Part shown: piece after piece, positions 62,122 to 64,000 of the stretch
Position numbering within the stretch: the first letter of the stretch is position 1
Layout of the letters: the number at the start of each line of letters is the position of its first letter
Assembly: GCA_963827655.1 (NCBI GenBank)
Contig: CAWHCF010000041.1
Location: 128,001 to 192,000 of the forward strand
DNA from: an uncultured Acidobacteriota bacterium
GTDB taxonomy: Bacteria; Acidobacteriota; UBA6911
Length of the DNA: 64,000 bases
Direction of reading: 5' to 3'
Translations under genes and position numbers: made by a program
The notes under the pieces: generated by a model
What the model saw: only the letters and a program-made list of their open reading frames with translations
What the model was told of the DNA's origin: nothing
Databases searched by the model: none

Positions 62122-64000
62122 ATGCTCGAACTACTCCACGACCTCCGCCAGGCGGTGCGTATGGTGGTTCGCTCGCCCGGCTTCGCGGCGCTCGCGATCA
62201 TCATTTTGTCAACCGGCATTGGTGCGGCCACTCTCATGTTCAGTCTGGTGCACGCCGTCCTCCTGCGCACGCTGCCGTTCGACGATCCAGATCGCGTCGT
62301 GTGGATGTACAACCTTCGAACCGAACGTGGACGCGCGCCGCTGTGGATTCCTGATGTGGAGGACTACCGGCGAGCGTCGACGACTGTCGCCGGCCTGGCC
62401 GCCTTCACCAACTGGACGCAAACCTGACCGGCAGTGGGCCGGCCAGAACGGCTGGAAGGCACGCGCGTGTCTGGAAACTTCTTTCAGTTGCTCGGTCTCC
62501 GTCCGCTGTTTGGACGCCCGCTCCAGCCGGACGATGAGGACCGGGAAGGGCGCGTGGCCGTGTTGACTCATGGGCTGTGGCTTCGTGGATTCGGCGGCGA
62601 TCCAGGAGTGGTCGGCCGTAGCGTGTCCTTGAACGGCGCCAGCTACATCGTGGTCGGCGTGCTCCCTCCCGGGTTCATATTCCCGTTTCGCGAGGCGGAG
62701 TTGGCCGTCCCCTCAGCCTTCGCAGCGATCCAAGGCGATCGGATCGCGGCGCAAATTTTCTTCGAGTCGTTGCCCGACTCGCGCCAGGCACGACTTTGCA
62801 GCAGGCCAAGGCGGACCTTGACGCGATCGCTCACCGTCTTCAGCGCCAATATCCGACCGAGAACGCCCGAAAGACGGGAGTGAGTCTCTATCCGCTGCAC
62901 GCCGAGATCGTCGCAGACTACAGGGCCATCCTGTGGACACTGTTCGCTGGCGTCGGGATGCTGCTCGCGGTTGGATGCTTCAACGTCGCGAACCTGCTGT
63001 TGGTGCGCAATACCGGGCGGCAGACCGAATTTGCCATCCGGTTCTCACTTGGCGCATCGCGCGGGCGGCTCTTCCGTCAGCTGTTGAGCGAAGCCACGGT
63101 ACTCGCCGCCGCTGCCACAGTGGGTGGGATCGCATGGGCCGACATCGGGCTCTCAGCCTGGCGTGCGTGGGGACCGTCGAACTTTCCGCGCATGGCGGAG
63201 GTCACGCTTGATCCGAACGTCCTGATGTTCGCCGTGTCGGTGTCGTGCCTCACCGCCCTGGCGTGCGGGGCGTTGCCGGCCTGGTTCGTATCGCGCAACA
63301 CGGCGCATGCGCTTCGAGGCGCCACGCGAGCGATGACGATCCGGCGTGGTGACGCCGTCGTCCGGCGCGCGTTCGTAGGACTTCAGATCGCCGCCTCGAC
63401 GGTGTTGCTCGTGGGGATGGGACTGACCGCTCGCGGGTTTGCGCGTCTGGAACGTGTCGCCCCTGGATTCACGCCCGATCGGTCCTGGTCGATCCAACTC
63501 TCGCTACCGCCAAACGTGTACGGCAACCGAGGCGCGCTCGTCCGCTTCGCCGAGGCGCTTCAGGATCGACTCAGCGCGATCAGCGGTATCGAGACCAGCG
63601 GCATGGTGTCGCTCCTGCCGCTCAGCGGGCTTCTGTCGGCCATGGATATTGCTTTCCCGACCGCGCCGCGCCGCCGCCGGATGAAGTCCCACAAGCCCAT
63701 TTTCGCGTGGCGAGTCCCGGGTACTTTGCCGCAGCCGGCATCGCGGTGATCCAGGGCCGCGAATTCTCCGGTCACGATCGCACCGACAGTCAGCCCGTCG
63801 CAATCGTGAGCCGGACCTTCGCGGCTCGTCATTGGCCCGATGAACAAGCGATCGGGAAAACGGTCCAGCTGGTGCAGTCCACGCGGTCGGCGCAGCTCGA
63901 GGTGGTGGGTGTCGTGAGCGACGTCAAGCACTTCACGCTGGATGATCCGTCCACGCCAGACCTGTACGTACCCCTTGGCGAGATGCCCGTCTCGAAGGCC
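62122..64000 (+). CDS. ADOP / MacB-like duplicated permease, several frameshifts, runs off the window
   Basis: DLRQAVRMVVRSPGF, VSGNFFQLLG, NVANLLL.R...EFAIR.SLGASRGRL.RQLLSE. Confidence 0.88.

Overview
This GC-rich bacterial window is probably from Acidobacteriota (inferred from the VWA-family proteins, an ADOP-type permease and the FHA-GAF-sigma54 activator). Many single-base frameshifts suggest an unpolished long-read or metagenomic assembly. Most of it is housekeeping: pepP, M28 peptidase, an acyl-CoA synthetase/ACP/acyltransferase fusion, sua5, a Mn riboswitch before terC, ilvD, yvcK-glmU, fahA, lepB, argH, speA, efp, frr-pyrH-tsf-rpsB-rpsI-rplM and pilMNOPQ. The last 9 kb is a ChrB / MFS / Fe-type ABC / ADOP block that shares a palindromic operator. 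The most unusual signal is a nested set of small intergenic elements with no transposase in the window: REP-like repeats, two MITE families that insert into them, a GIY-YIG mini-element with inverted repeats, and a four-helix-bundle element with heptamer-repeat ends plus a gene-less copy. Several of these sit exactly on TAG stop codons. Other candidates are a wHTH-STAND-HEAT-membrane receptor divergent from an ankyrin lipoprotein, a cytochrome c / beta-barrel fusion and an EF-P with Asn at the loop tip. All annotations come from reading the sequence; no database searches were run.
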